From Azolla caroliniana (lineage: Eukaryota > Plantae > Polypodiophyta), in assembly GCA_043228905.1 (NCBI GenBank), contig JBHGNT010000014.1:15748001-15812000 (forward strand): a DNA stretch of 64,000 nucleotides, in the 5' to 3' direction. Below the pieces are notes generated by a model. The model was not told the origin of the DNA. It made no database searches and was given only the letters and a program-made list of their open reading frames with translations. Both the position numbers and the translations under genes were made by a program. This document shows positions 51,994 through 64,000 of this stretch, one piece after another; positions within the stretch are counted from its first letter, which is position 1; each line of letters begins with the position of its first letter.

Positions 51994-53684
51994 TGGGGCG
52001 TGTGTCTGTGTGTGAGTATTGGGTTTAGCTACTGCTTACCCCTGTCTCGTCTGTGGACAGAGAGAGAAGGAGCTGCTTTCTTTCTCATTTCTTTTTCCTT
52101 CTCTTTTCCTTTTTGTTGGTCTTATGAGTTTTATTAGAAGTGTCTTCTGAAGTGTGTTGTGTTGTGGGCCAAGAAGAAGAAGATAAATTATAATGATCGA
52201 TTTATGATGAAGATGAAGATGATCATTGATGAATAAGAAAACACCTCTTCTTGGACTACATGTTCCGTGTTCGACCCCAGATTTGGCCCGTATTCAATAA
52301 AAACCCCCAATTTATCTCTCGCGTGTAAGTACTACGTTTCTGTTATTCGATTTTCTGCCAAACAATGAGGAGATCAAGTGGGTTTTGTATATGTTGTTGG
52401 CTTTCGCAGTGGGCGATAGATGAGGTGTGGTAGCAGTTTAGAGTTGTGTTTTGTGTAAGATGGAAAAAAAGGTTAACGTGATTGGATTTGTCGACAAGGA
52501 GGACAGGAGATCAACAAAATATGTTCTACATATATATAAGTTCGGTTTCAGCAATAGTGATAGATGAGGGTGATTGAAGTTTAGTGCTGCGGTTGTGCAA
52601 ATACCGAAGCGTGGCCATTAACGTTATGTGATTTGAGTTAGTCAAAACCAAAGGTGGGTGAATTGGGTTTTGTGTATATGTCCAACTTTGGCAACATTAT
52701 ACATATATGAGGGTAACTTGTGTTTATTATTACCCCTTGTGCAAATGAAAAAAATACTACCTTCTCCAAACACATAATACACACTAGCCCTACATCTTCT
52801 CGACTATTGTTTGATCTTGTTGGCTATTTTGGCCAATTACAAGATGTTATTATCCCTCTTTCTTTTCTAATATTTCCTCAAAGATGTTGCTTTTTCTCAT
52901 ATCTCTCTCTCTCTCTCTCTCTCTCTCTTAATGGCCAATATTGCCCCTTGAAAGGCACTAATATCTCTTCATTTCCTTTTCCTTGTAGTGATGTTCCTTT
53001 TCCTCACTCTCATGGGGAGTCATATGCCATTCTTGCCTCATAAATGAAATCTTTTATTTCTATGGCGTGTGATGTGAAAAGCACATGTTTGTTATAGTCT
53101 ATAGATTACATCCACATCCTTTCATTCAAGTCTACCTTTTCATCTTCTCTCGGTTGAAATTTTTAAGTAGTTCATTTTAGGATGAATAGCTTCGCACCAC
53201 ATAGAAATGGGAAAGCAACGCAACTACAAATTTTTTTGATAATAATTTATACCCCCAAATGGGATTTAGTTTGTGCCTCTAAATATAATGGCAAGAGGGT
53301 TTGGCCCCGAGATTTTTAATTGGTACAACGTTAAGCAAAAATTTACTAATCTTATTTCCGAATTTCATAGTTTGAGAGAGAGAATCTAATGACCATGGTA
53401 GATTAATTGTAGAAAATTTGGGCATTTGATAGTCAAAATGCTGACCAATAACATTTATCATAAGACTATTGAACATGGAACTTGGTTAATGATAAAGGTA
53501 TGTTTAAATGTCACATTATTTGAGGTATAGGATGTGTTTTCAAATGTTGAACATAGGATGGTAATCTCAACTTTAATTCAAAATTTTCTTCTTTAGCAAT
53601 GGTGGACAAGTCATGTTTCAGCGGTGGCTGAAAATGTTGTAAAAAATTTGAGACTTGTAGAGTCAAAGTGTTATGAAAGTGTTG

Positions 53685-54420
53685 TGTGTGTGTGTGTGAG
53701 CAAGGGAAGGAATCAGCAAAAAACCCAACTTATGCACACAAGAGAAAGACCATACTGATCAACTAAAAATAATCAAGAGCGCGTAAAGGGTGAAGTGGGC
53801 TTTATATACGAGTCCTCAAGGAACTACCACATTAAATGTGGTTGGTGGAGTCTAGTCATAGACATTCACTCGAGTACGATTCTATCATAAGAATATCCAA
53901 TCTTCTTTGACAACTAAATAGAAAGTGACAAGCTAGTTCCTCATGTAACTAGATGTTCTCACACACCACGTTTTCTCCATAAGCACAAGTTCATACAAGT
54001 TGAGCTTCATTCTCAACAATGTCAACACATGAAACCGTTGTACATGTGTGAGCAAGAGAAGAATCAAAGAAAAAACCTAAATATAAAATATATACCCAGG
54101 AGGGGAATGACAACTTATGCACAAAAGAGAAAATCAAATTGATTAACTAAAAATATTCAAGAGAACACACCATGGGCGAAGAGGGCTTTATATCAAGTCT
54201 CTCAAGGAACTACCACATTAAATGTGGTTGGTGGAGTCTAGTCATATACATCCACTCGTGTATGATCCTATCATAAGAATATCCAATATTTGTTGACAAC
54301 TAACTAGAAGTCACAAATCTAGTTCCTCATGTAACTAGATAGTTCATACAAATTACAATAATACGTTTTTATACATCACACTTTTCTTCATAAGCACATG
54401 TTCATACAAGTTGAGCTTCA
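53685..54420. repeat. Two tandem LTR-like copies of about 330-370 bp
   Basis: CTCAAGGAACTACCACATTAAATGTGGTTGGTGGAGTCTAGTCATA and TTCATACAAGTTGAGCTTCA each occur twice. The first copy ends TTCTCAACA, like the 23838/26431 LTR family. Confidence 0.7.
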
Positions 54421-55374
54421 AATTTCAAATAGGATGTGCCTTTTCTAGAAAGTTATTGAGCGAGATACCAAGAACAAGCATCTTAGATGCCAACTTACTA
54501 AAGCCAATTGGGTTGTTATAGTGCAGTTGTGGGTGTTGTTAACTTGGAAATTTACCAAGCAATTGATTCAATGACTTCGCCATCACTTCAATCGCCTAAA
54601 TTTGAATGGTAACGTTAAAGCATTTGAGCATGTAAAGCTTTGAAGCTTCTCTTTTCACTAAGATTTCAACCAATAACTATTTCATTGCCGATGACCTAAA
54701 TAAACATAACACCTCATATATTCTTGTAATCAGAGATAGGTTTGTCTTCTTTAATTGCTGCTGAGCACAATCTGCTTGTTAAGTAGCCCTCATCTGAATT
54801 AAGCCAAGTAAAAAAACATCTTACAGATAAATTCCTAAGCATTCCATGTCATGAAACGAATATTATACATAGCGGTATTTTGTAATGCCAACAATTGATC
54901 CAAATCGTCCGATTTGAAATATTCAATTAGCAATCTCAATTATACTAAAGATCAATATTCAAATCACAACACATGTATGCCTGCATTTCCAATAACAATT
55001 GCTCAAAGTCATTCTGCACCAAACACAAGTTTGCCAAATCAATATGAGTTAACCCTTGTAGCAAACATTAGCAGATATTTACTTCATAAGCGTAGATAAT
55101 GCCAACACATGCTTACGTCATAGGCCTAGATAATGAAAGGCACATAGAGGTTCTCATTTTCATGTGAAATTTATATCCAAAACTGTTGTGTTTTGATTTC
55201 CATTGATTTATAAAAACCATCACAAATAAATCTGACAAACCAGTTCCCAACTTCTGTCCAAACAACATCAAATGATTTTCATGTGTTGCCAAGGCCACTC
55301 ATAGAATATCTTGAGCTTTCAAAGCCAGGTGGATTTTCCAACAAAACCTTCATAGACCACTTTACCGAAAATAT

Positions 55375-58300
55375 TTAGGCAGACTTCTTGGAAGTTGGAT
55401 TTGATTTTATGATAGGAGAATCAGAAGGTCCCCACCAGAGGCCCCCCAGAAGAATCAAGTGAGATGTCAAAAGCACAAACGATGAAATGCTATTTGATGG
55501 ATATATGTTCCAGCATACCTCAATACATCCAAATATGATTATCCTGCATCAAAAGCAAGCAATTTGATTAGTGTTTTCTGTCTATATAAAAAACAATATT
55601 GCTACATAAAGTTCATTGATACTTGGAATCTGCTGGCCACAGTACAACTAACACTATGCGTCGTATCCAATTTGATACTAGAATAGAAAACCCTAAATAG
55701 GAGTAGAGTGTTCCTGCAGTACTAAAACCCACTTCTACTGCCATCATGTAGAGTCACATTGAAATACGAGCAAAACGTCTGACACCCCTGAAACTTTTCC
55801 CACTAATTTCCAACCCTCACAGTAGATGAGTGCAAGGTACTAAGCTCCAACTCTTTGAAATTGTCACACTGCTGTTGAGATCCTTTGTATCAGGTTTTAA
55901 TGTAATCCAATGAAGGGAAATTCTCACCAAATAAAGAAGTTTAATCCTGAAAATTCTGAAAATATAAACAGTGATACTGATAAGTATGAAGTGGCTCTAT
56001 TAACTGTGTTGCGTTTAAGCTCAACGAACGTCAACATCATTTCAACAGCAGCTTTTCTGCACCTCATGCTTGCATCCCACACGTTCTCAGTGAATGGAGT
56101 ATCTTCCATTCAAATGAGCAAATGCCACATTCTACTAAAGAAATCAATTCTATCCATAGAAACAATGGAGTAATAAAATGGATTTCAGGTCAACATGTTC
56201 CAAAGGGTATTCAAGAATCTTTTCAGGTCAGGGAACAAGATAATATACTTTGTGGAATTTAGGCCTGGGTAGTAGAAGTTTCTGACAGTATAAAACAATA
56301 ATAATCCATGACATATCTCACCTTAAATATGTTGGAAGACATGATCTCCAAAGAAGGTAAGGCAACGAATAAAAATACCTGAAAAATTTTCAATTCATGT
56401 TAAAAGCCAATATACTAGGTGACAAGTTATCCACCTATTTTTTATATGTTTTGTTACCATGAGTAGAATTGATAATGGAGGGAACGTGCACATAGTATGC
56501 CTATGAAATTTCCAGTAAAAAGAACAGTGGTTATATCTGAAAATCAACAAAAACATCCATGAGGAATAAGCATGCAGTGTAAGTCACTAAATATTCTGAT
56601 ATTCCATCACATGAAAGTAGCCTTACATGTTGGATCTAGAAGCTTTTCAGTCTTATTAATTCTTGACGAACCATTGCCTAATAATTGCTTCAGTCTGGCC
56701 ATTAAGTTCAAAGCTGGAAACAACCCTCCTTTTTGTCTGAAGAGCAAGAAAAGAGTTTAGAACTCTGATATTTTAGTATTTTAATTTGTTTACGTTCAGA
56801 ATTGTCCATAACTGAGGTTTGGGTAAACTATAAAATAAAAGAGGAAAGAGCCAATAAAGAAAAAAAATGGCTAGTTCATAAATGAAAAGAGGAAAGAGTT
56901 TAGAACTAGGATATTTTAGTATTTTAATTTCTTTACGTTCAGAATTGTCCATAACTAAGGTTTGGGTAAACTATAAAATAAAAGAGGAAAGAGCCATCTA
57001 TATATTTACAAGCTGTGCAGAAGTAACAGATAAATAAATAATCATGTTAAGAGGTGCATACACAGTGAAGCATCATAGAAATAATCATTATACATATGCC
57101 TCGAGGAACCTACACATTCAATGATACTAGTGTGTGCTCATGAGTTGTCCACGATAGTTACTAGCATTATTAGAGAGAAACAAGGATCCCCACTTTCACC
57201 CACTCTCTATGGATCTAATGCTATGAGATAATGAAATAGAGAGATTGGGTAGCTTAGCATCATGCCTAGCGTAGATAGCCATCCTGGTATTAATATATGA
57301 AAATGATATTGTGCTGAATTCTGACTCTCTGGAGAAACTACAAAGACATCTAGATGCTTTAAGTCATTTTGTCGGGGTAAAGATTATTCAGTAAATCTTT
57401 CATAAAACCAAAGTGATAAACCCTGTGCTTGGAATTTTCATAGATATGCAGCTTTGTAACCTCTGAAAGACAGTTGAAAACATAATTATTACTGGAAGAG
57501 GAGAAACTGTCATACATGCAATCCTAAGATACTGAGAAGAAACTTTCACAATACTTAGATTCCCCCTACAGGGGAGTCTTCCTGTGCTCAGCTTTCTCAT
57601 CGATAAGCAACCTTGGAACCTTCGAAAAACAGTTCGAAGAACTCTCATAAGATTGCCTGTGATAGTTTGAAGAACTATAGATAAATTTGTGGTGGTTCAA
57701 TACAGACATCATACTTTACTCTTCCATACAGCATGGGAACTTGGGGAACAATCCTTCATAGAGCACATAGCTAGAGAGATGTGGAGATGGCTTTAGTCTC
57801 GATGAGTGCCTGTATAATAATGCACAAAACATCAGTCTCCCATTACCTAGTCCTGGAAAGGATGAGAGAAGACCTAATGTGAACCACATGCCACTTAGGT
57901 AAATAGAGTGTTGTAGCTGTTTCCAGAGTGACTCCTTAGAGCCTGTTCTATTGTCTGTTGCGCTTTAGGGGAGGAGCTCTGTGGAGCTCTGGCAATGATA
58001 AGTTAGTGATGGTCCTCTATCTGGCTAGTTTGACTTGTCTCCTGTCCCCTGGAGGCTGTATTCCATTGCTTCTCAAGAGTTTCTCCCCGTAACTTCGAAG
58101 CCCAAGCAAGTAGAATTCCAGGCATCTCTGGTCCTCCGCATCTGCAACTTTTTGTAAGAGTCCAGGGTCTTCTCACAGAATATAGAATGCTGACATACAA
58201 GTTCTCCTTTGTTTCCAACCATAGGGAGCGGCAGAGGTACTCACTTGTTTCAGGCATTTATTCACAGTTAGAGGGCCGATGTGTGGATCTGTACAATTAT

Positions 58301-59472
58301 ACTACATATGCTATGTGAGATACTGGAATCAATGTAGTTGGGAAGGTTGACAAACCCACTGAAGATATGTATAGGAATTTATTCGTGTGATATTTCATCC
58401 TTGTACCCAAGTATCGAACTTCCATTTGTGTGACATGCCCACCTCAAAACTCATGCTCTTTTTCCCCATTAAAGCAGAATTTAAAAGTGAAATGTTGATG
58501 CTCTCATTGTGAGGTTTCTCATAGTGATTTTTATCCATCATGTATCAACTACTACACATTACTCAGCTCTAGCGTTCTTGTTACTATTTTCTTGATCCTT
58601 TTTATTGACATTGGTATCATGCTTTTGGTGATGCTTGTAAGTCTGGCCACTAACTTTGTTGCAGAGTCCTGATTACTTCAAATTCATACAGAACACTGAA
58701 ATTTATCTACAATACAGTGATCAGATTCCCATTGTGAGGCCTCTCATAGTGATTTTTATCCATCACCCTGTACCAACTACAACTTTCTTTAGCCTTTTTA
58801 CTGAAAATGGTATCATATATTTGACGATGCTTGCAAGTTTAGCCTCATCGTTCATTTTTCCCTCATGCTTAAGTTAATTAGCATTACAATTCAGTTTATT
58901 TCTTTTCTTACCCCAATTTCCACTAGGACCAGTAGCGAAGCTATGGGGAACCATTTCAACCAGGTGTAAAATTTCTCTACAGAAATCACAGTAATTTATT
59001 TAAAGTTCATAAAGCTACACAGAAATTGAAGAAATCATAGAAAGATTCACGAAGCTCAAATGCACATTTTCTTTTCTTTCTATTTTGGTTCTGCTCACTT
59101 TGGAGCCAAAACAAATGTGACTTCTTTAATCTTCATCATAGCATAGACGTAAAGCTGCATGATTAGATTTTTTATTCAACATTTCACACAAGACATTTCA
59201 ATCAACAGCCACTGCAGATGACACAACATAATGTTTAACAGGAAATTGAGTGTGTTTCCTTTAGTTCATCTGTCAAGAAAGTCAAGACTTAAATGCAAAT
59301 AAAAAATATGCAAATCATTTTATAAAAAATGGCAAATTAATGAACGAATACCCACTTGGTCCACTTGAATTGTGCAAAGAGGAAAAGCAAAGTCAAATGG
59401 ATGAACAATAATGTCATAGCAAATTTTTTTGAAACGAATAACTCCTCCGGAATAAATTTAAAATTCACTGAC
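55375..59472 (-). CDS. ALG3: Dol-P-Man:Man5GlcNAc2-PP-Dol alpha-1,3-mannosyltransferase, last five exons; the 5' exons were not found and probably lie right of the window
   Basis: Exons 59472-59356 (SVNFKFIPEELFVSKKF), 56736-56627, 56536-56458 (GNFIGILCARSLHYQFYSW), 56378-56322 (YFYSLPYLLW) and 55543-55375 (IEVCWNIYPS...KKSA*). They are GT-AG and phase-compatible, with a C-terminal KKxx ER-retrieval motif. Confidence 0.92.
56748..56996. repeat. Intronic direct duplication of about 100 bp
   Basis: AAAGAGTTTAGAACT..GATATTTTAGTATTTTAATTT.TTTACGTTCAGAATTGTCCATAACT.AGGTTTGGGTAAACTATAAAATAAAAGAGGAAAGAGCCA occurs twice. Confidence 0.9.
57300..58430. mobile_element. Old rearranged fragments of an RTE/RTEX-like LINE in an ALG3 intron
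   Basis: 57302-57370(+) reads DIVLNSDSLEKLQRHLDALSHF, matching DIVLISDSPEGLQRHLNALKLF at 62862. Weaker similarity to downstream ORF parts appears on the minus strand. Confidence 0.5.
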
Positions 59473-60249
59473 CTGCAAGACAAGAAGGCCTCCATTAGAA
59501 TTTGACCTTCATTTTTTAGTCAAAACACGTCATAACTTTAAAGATCATATTAAAGTTTCTAGACAAGGACAGCAAGAAAGACATTTCAAAGTCCCTGCAA
59601 TTCAGAATTTCTGGAAACTCTGAATTTCAAAACAAAACCAGATTTTCTAAGTTGCTATATTGAGAGAGAAAGAGGTGATTGTCAAACTGAAAAGTAGATA
59701 ATAGAGAGCAATTGATATAATCAATGGTAAACATAGAATATCAAATGTAACCGTAAGAAGTCATATCAAGTACATTTGATGAAAACTTCATTATATGCCA
59801 AATTATTGACCATGAGGAAATGGACACAATCTAGAACCCTTTGGAATAAATAACGTCTAAAACATATCCAATAAAGTACAGTTGGAGAAAGTCGCTCTAT
59901 ACAAGCACACAATCAAGTTTACAAGCAGATTCACGATGAACAAGCACCCTCAGGATAAAGCTTCATATCACATTATAGACTGATATTTCCATGCAAACCA
60001 AACTTACGCTTCTCAAGATGTGCTTATGTACACTTAAGTGCGACAAATGCAATTCAAACATGCAGAAAGTTTTCATGACACCAACCTGGAGCATTGCTTC
60101 TGTATGACGTACCTTCACATTTTAGATCTCCTCGATGTTCCAACAGAACTCATCTGAAGCCCATATCATGGGTGGATTAAACAAAAAGCAAATTGATACT
60201 TCAACAAAATTTTTAAAAATTGACATTTTCCGAATAGTGATGACTCATA

Positions 60250-62520
60250 GCTGGCTCTATCATGTGTTGTGATTTTTTAGATCAATAACAATTGGACTTG
60301 TTTTCTATCTTTGTTACAAATAAAATTCTTCTGAGGAGCAGTGATCTTCAGAGTCTTGAGGAAGTATGTTGATCAAAGCCATAAAGAATAGTTGGTGTCT
60401 ACCACTGACCTCTGTGTAGACCAAACTATTTAATAGCAATACATCACTTGTTCTAGGCAACTCCAACAATGCTTTGTATGACACTAGCATCCATGAAAAT
60501 AATTGACGCTCTAAAATTTCCATTAAAAATTTTGTTACAATAGTAAATTACTGATATATTGATTTCTCTTCTGAGTTTTCATGCTTCACTCTGGTTTGCT
60601 TCAAATAATTCATTTTCAGACATTGAACTTCCCGTGAAAGTGTGGCCAATGAATTTTAGATAGAATTAGGCTAAATTACATTTTCCAGCTTTACTCCGTC
60701 CCTCAAAGCACGTCATGTACTTGTCAAATTGTTGATGGTCTCCTCTTCCATACATTCGAAGATAATATAAATCACAAAGCCAGGTTATGTTTTCTAGAAC
60801 ATCATGTTGATTTCATGTTCTCAGAGTTCAGTAGAAAATATATTTTTTTTACTTTACAATAATATATTAGTTAACCTGTTGCTATGCTTTGTTGAATAGC
60901 GCACGTGACATATGATATAATGAAGGTGTAAGAAAAAATATGGGTCTTCATTAGCATACCATAATTAATATCCACATTCATGATGATAATAATTATCAAT
61001 AAAAATAAATGCGTCTTATCTTCAGCAATGTAATCAAATGGTCATGCAAGATAAGGCATGCAATACTATAGGTATATATAGTTGCTAAGAATTACAAGCT
61101 CGACTTTAGTTCCCCAGGAAAGTTTTCAATAAATACCCACTTACTTTAGGTTTAGCAATTGTTTGCAACTTCTCTTAAAAAACTCAATAAATGAGCTCCA
61201 AAGCTAGGATGCTTGTACTTAATTAAAGATAAGGCACCAGAAACTCAAATCTTCTTCATTGCCAATGAAGACTTCATGCTCTTCATTGCCAATGAAGACT
61301 TCATGTTATATGGTTTTGCTTGAATAATTAATAATTTGTAAATTTCTTTATATGATGTTATAGATATTATTCAATATTTGTGTACATGCCATATTAATTA
61401 ATCTTCGAGTATCGTCTTCATTATTTATAAAATACAATAATTTGAAGTGATCTGCTAATCTTGGTTTGCCTTTCCAAGTCGTTCTTTTTTCAAATGAGGT
61501 TAGGCTATATCTTTTTCTCATGTACAGTTTTGTTGTGACTCTTGGTTGGAGAAGGCCACAGTTGGTTTTCTTCACCATCAGCAAGATCATCAACATCAAG
61601 ATGAGATCACATTGATCCGGTTGTTGCATAGCCAGTGGAAGGGTGAGGTTCAGATAGCAAGGGCAGGTCGAAAGGTTGCAGCGACATCAATCCCTTTCTT
61701 TAATTTATTTTCTTTTCTTCTCTTTTATTTTCTTGTTGGGTCACACTGCAATTGTCTAGCTTCTGCTACCAACTCCCCCATTAGACCATCTGACTTTACC
61801 ATAGCAAGGAATAACATATGTGATACTGATCAGATACCTGATATTTCATGCTGATTTCAATCTTGATTTCTCATGTTACCTTAATGGAAATGCTTGTGTA
61901 AAGCTTCTGGTTGGGGGTTCAATTAAATGCTTATATTTTTACTGCTTGATGTAAAACTTCTTGGAAATCTCCAAATCTTCTTTCATGTTCTATAAATTTA
62001 CAACCTCCTCGGATTTTCTAGAAAATTCTAGCTATCAAAGTATAAAAAGGAGCCTTGAGCTACAACCTCCTCAGCCTTGCCAACACTCCCATGCAACACA
62101 AGAGAGTTTTGTATGTGTCTTGTTCTTATTCTTCTGGTCATTGAGTTCCCATTCCATCTCGTTTTATATCATTTCTTATGATCAAGTTCTTATAAATTAT
62201 CATAAGATCTGTTCCATGGCTGATTATAAAAATAAAGTAACAGTGATTTCTTGCATATGAAGAAGTCTAAAGTTATGATCCACATGGGCACCATAGCATA
62301 TCTTTGTTTTGACCTGATTTCTTCTATTATGATAGTCTTCTATATCGATGACCACAAAAAATCGTGAATTAATAGATATAATGTTCTCTGGGAGCAAATG
62401 AGTGAGGATCTTGAGAGGAGCAAATGAGTGAATAGAGATTAAGCTGCATGAAAAGAAATAGACCAAATATGGCATTGTTATCTAGAGTATATGTACTAGG
62501 GAAATGTCATTTCCCACAGC
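60250..62520 (-). mobile_element. Possible eroded L1-like ORF2 remnant
   Basis: Only faint motif-like words in broken frames, with no convincing exon. Boundaries are uncertain. Confidence 0.25.
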
Positions 62521-62840
62521 ATTGAACTGGTGAATATTCTGTGTCACTTCCCAACAAGGAAAAACAACATTGATTCTGACAGAAAGTATATAATGCTCCA
62601 GCTACATAGAAATTAAAATTCTTTGAAAGGCACAGTATCTCAGCTAGTTTGCAGTCAATATTTTCATTGCAACTATTTCATACATGCTCCATTAAATTTC
62701 ATATTAACACCAACAACACAAACAGGACAAAATCCTTTGCAACGAGATAGTGGTTCTCGTAATGTGTTATCTATATTGCCATCCTCCCTTCATAAATGTG
62801 CCAGTAACTGTCTTATAAACTGGTATTCCAAACTTCTTCT

Positions 62841-64000
62841 CAAATATTACTATATGCTGATGATATTGTGCTGATTTCTGACTCGCCGGAGGGACTTCAA
62901 AGACATCTAAATGCCTTAAAAACTATTTTGTACAGACAAAGGTTTGTCAATCAACATGAATAAAACTAAAGTGATGGTGTTTAACACCACCCAAGCATGG
63001 GTAACAAGATCAGAACCAGAATTCTTCTTGGGAGAGGACAAGGTGGAATACACACGCTCCTACACATACCTAGGAGTAACATTTATAGGACCTAGGTTCT
63101 CCTTACAGGAGGCCGCTTGTGCCCGACTTTCTCGTGCATATGCAGCCCTTGGTGCTCTCGAGAGACAATGTACACATTTGCAGTTCCAAGAGCCACAGAC
63201 TAAGCTATGGTTATTTGATACACTTGTCACACCAACTCTTCTCTATGGAATAGAGACATGGGGACCGAGTCTTAACAAGGCAAATCATTGGAAAGATTTA
63301 GAGAGACCTTTAGTGTCAATGATTGCTCGCATGATAAGGAGCAAAGCATCGGTGCCCCACAATATAATCCGGGCAGAGATGGGATCAGCACCTATAATAA
63401 CCGAGGCGTTGTTCCGATCAGTGACATTTATCCAACGTCTTTGGGAGCTCCCTAAACGAAGGTACCCAAGGTTGGCACTTATGTCATCAAAACAACTGGC
63501 TGAAAATGGAGACACTCATTGTTGGTATGCTAAAATGCAGCAATGGTTCGAGTCACATGGCATGAGTATAAATGCACTACCCCCGTTCCAATATAGCTTG
63601 GACTGTCCCCATCTAAATATGACCAAAGTGGAAAAGAATAGAGTGATCCGCACTGATATTATTAACTTGGAAAACAAGATAACATGGATCAGCCCCAAAA
63701 TACCACTTGGTACAAAGATGGCCCACTATAAGACACACTTCTTACGTGCATCGGAGGATGGATTTGTCATCAGGCCACCTTATATGGACATACATCTATC
63801 CTATGTGTTGCGTAGTGTGATAGGGCAGATGCGAACTTCATCACATCAGCTACAGATTGAGGTAGGCAGATATACACGACTACCTCTAGAAGAGAGAATT
63901 TGCCAATTGTGTCCTCAAGGAGTGGAATCTGAAGAACACTATGTTTGTCATTGTAGTGTCTTTTATGAAATCAGAGGGAGATACCATTGCCTCTTTAAAC
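62841..64000 (+). mobile_element. Young 5'-truncated RTE/RTEX-like LINE (family B): RT C-terminal half plus zinc knuckle, open to the window end
   Basis: An uninterrupted frame of about 385 codons, missed by the ORF track because it has no stop: LLYADDIVLISDSPEGLQRHLNAL..FC..KGLSINMNKTKVMVFN, YTYLGV, LLYGIETWG, RTSSHQLQIEVGRY, ICQLCPQGVESEEHYVCHC. Confidence 0.93.

Noticed and set aside
55375-55445. Apparent frameshift in the last ALG3 exon
   Set aside because: Recounting the homopolymer gives the in-frame read LWWGPSDSPIIKSNPTSKKSA*, with an intact KKxx motif.
10795-59472. Biosynthetic gene cluster (peptidase, hydrolase, glycosyltransferase, pump)
   Set aside because: ALG3 and VHA-c are housekeeping genes, there is no scaffold-forming enzyme, and nothing links the genes functionally beyond proximity.
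59473-62840. Further upstream ALG3 exons (expected LPFL...YI..AF.LGRVF..FW)
   Set aside because: No matching exon was found by eye on the minus strand; they are presumed to lie beyond the window.

Overview
This is AT-rich, repeat-dense land-plant nuclear DNA with spliceosomal introns, (GA)n microsatellites and a PLS-type PPR gene. The style suggests a fern or other seed-free vascular plant, but that is inference. Five protein-coding genes can be assembled by hand: a class I glutamine amidotransferase/gamma-glutamyl peptidase-like gene (-, 4 exons), a PLS-E PPR gene with an intronless CDS (-), a V-ATPase proteolipid subunit c gene (+, 3 exons), an ABHD1/3/EMB8-like alpha/beta hydrolase gene (-, 15 exons) and the 3' five exons of ALG3 (-). 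The rest is decayed Ty1/copia elements, solo LTRs with identifiable target-site duplications (three nested in one copia), RTE/RTEX-like and L1-like LINE pieces, a possible non-autonomous Helitron and tandem arrays. The most unusual feature is the PPR gene's upstream leader. It is an inverted, frameshifted duplicate of V-ATPase c exon 1 plus about 0.8 kb of intron 1, and a further truncated PPR pseudo-copy lies between the two loci. This suggests promoter/first-exon capture, or fission of an ancestrally nested VHA-c/PPR locus. No CRISPR array, rRNA or tRNA gene is supported. All coordinates were read by eye and may be off by a few bases.
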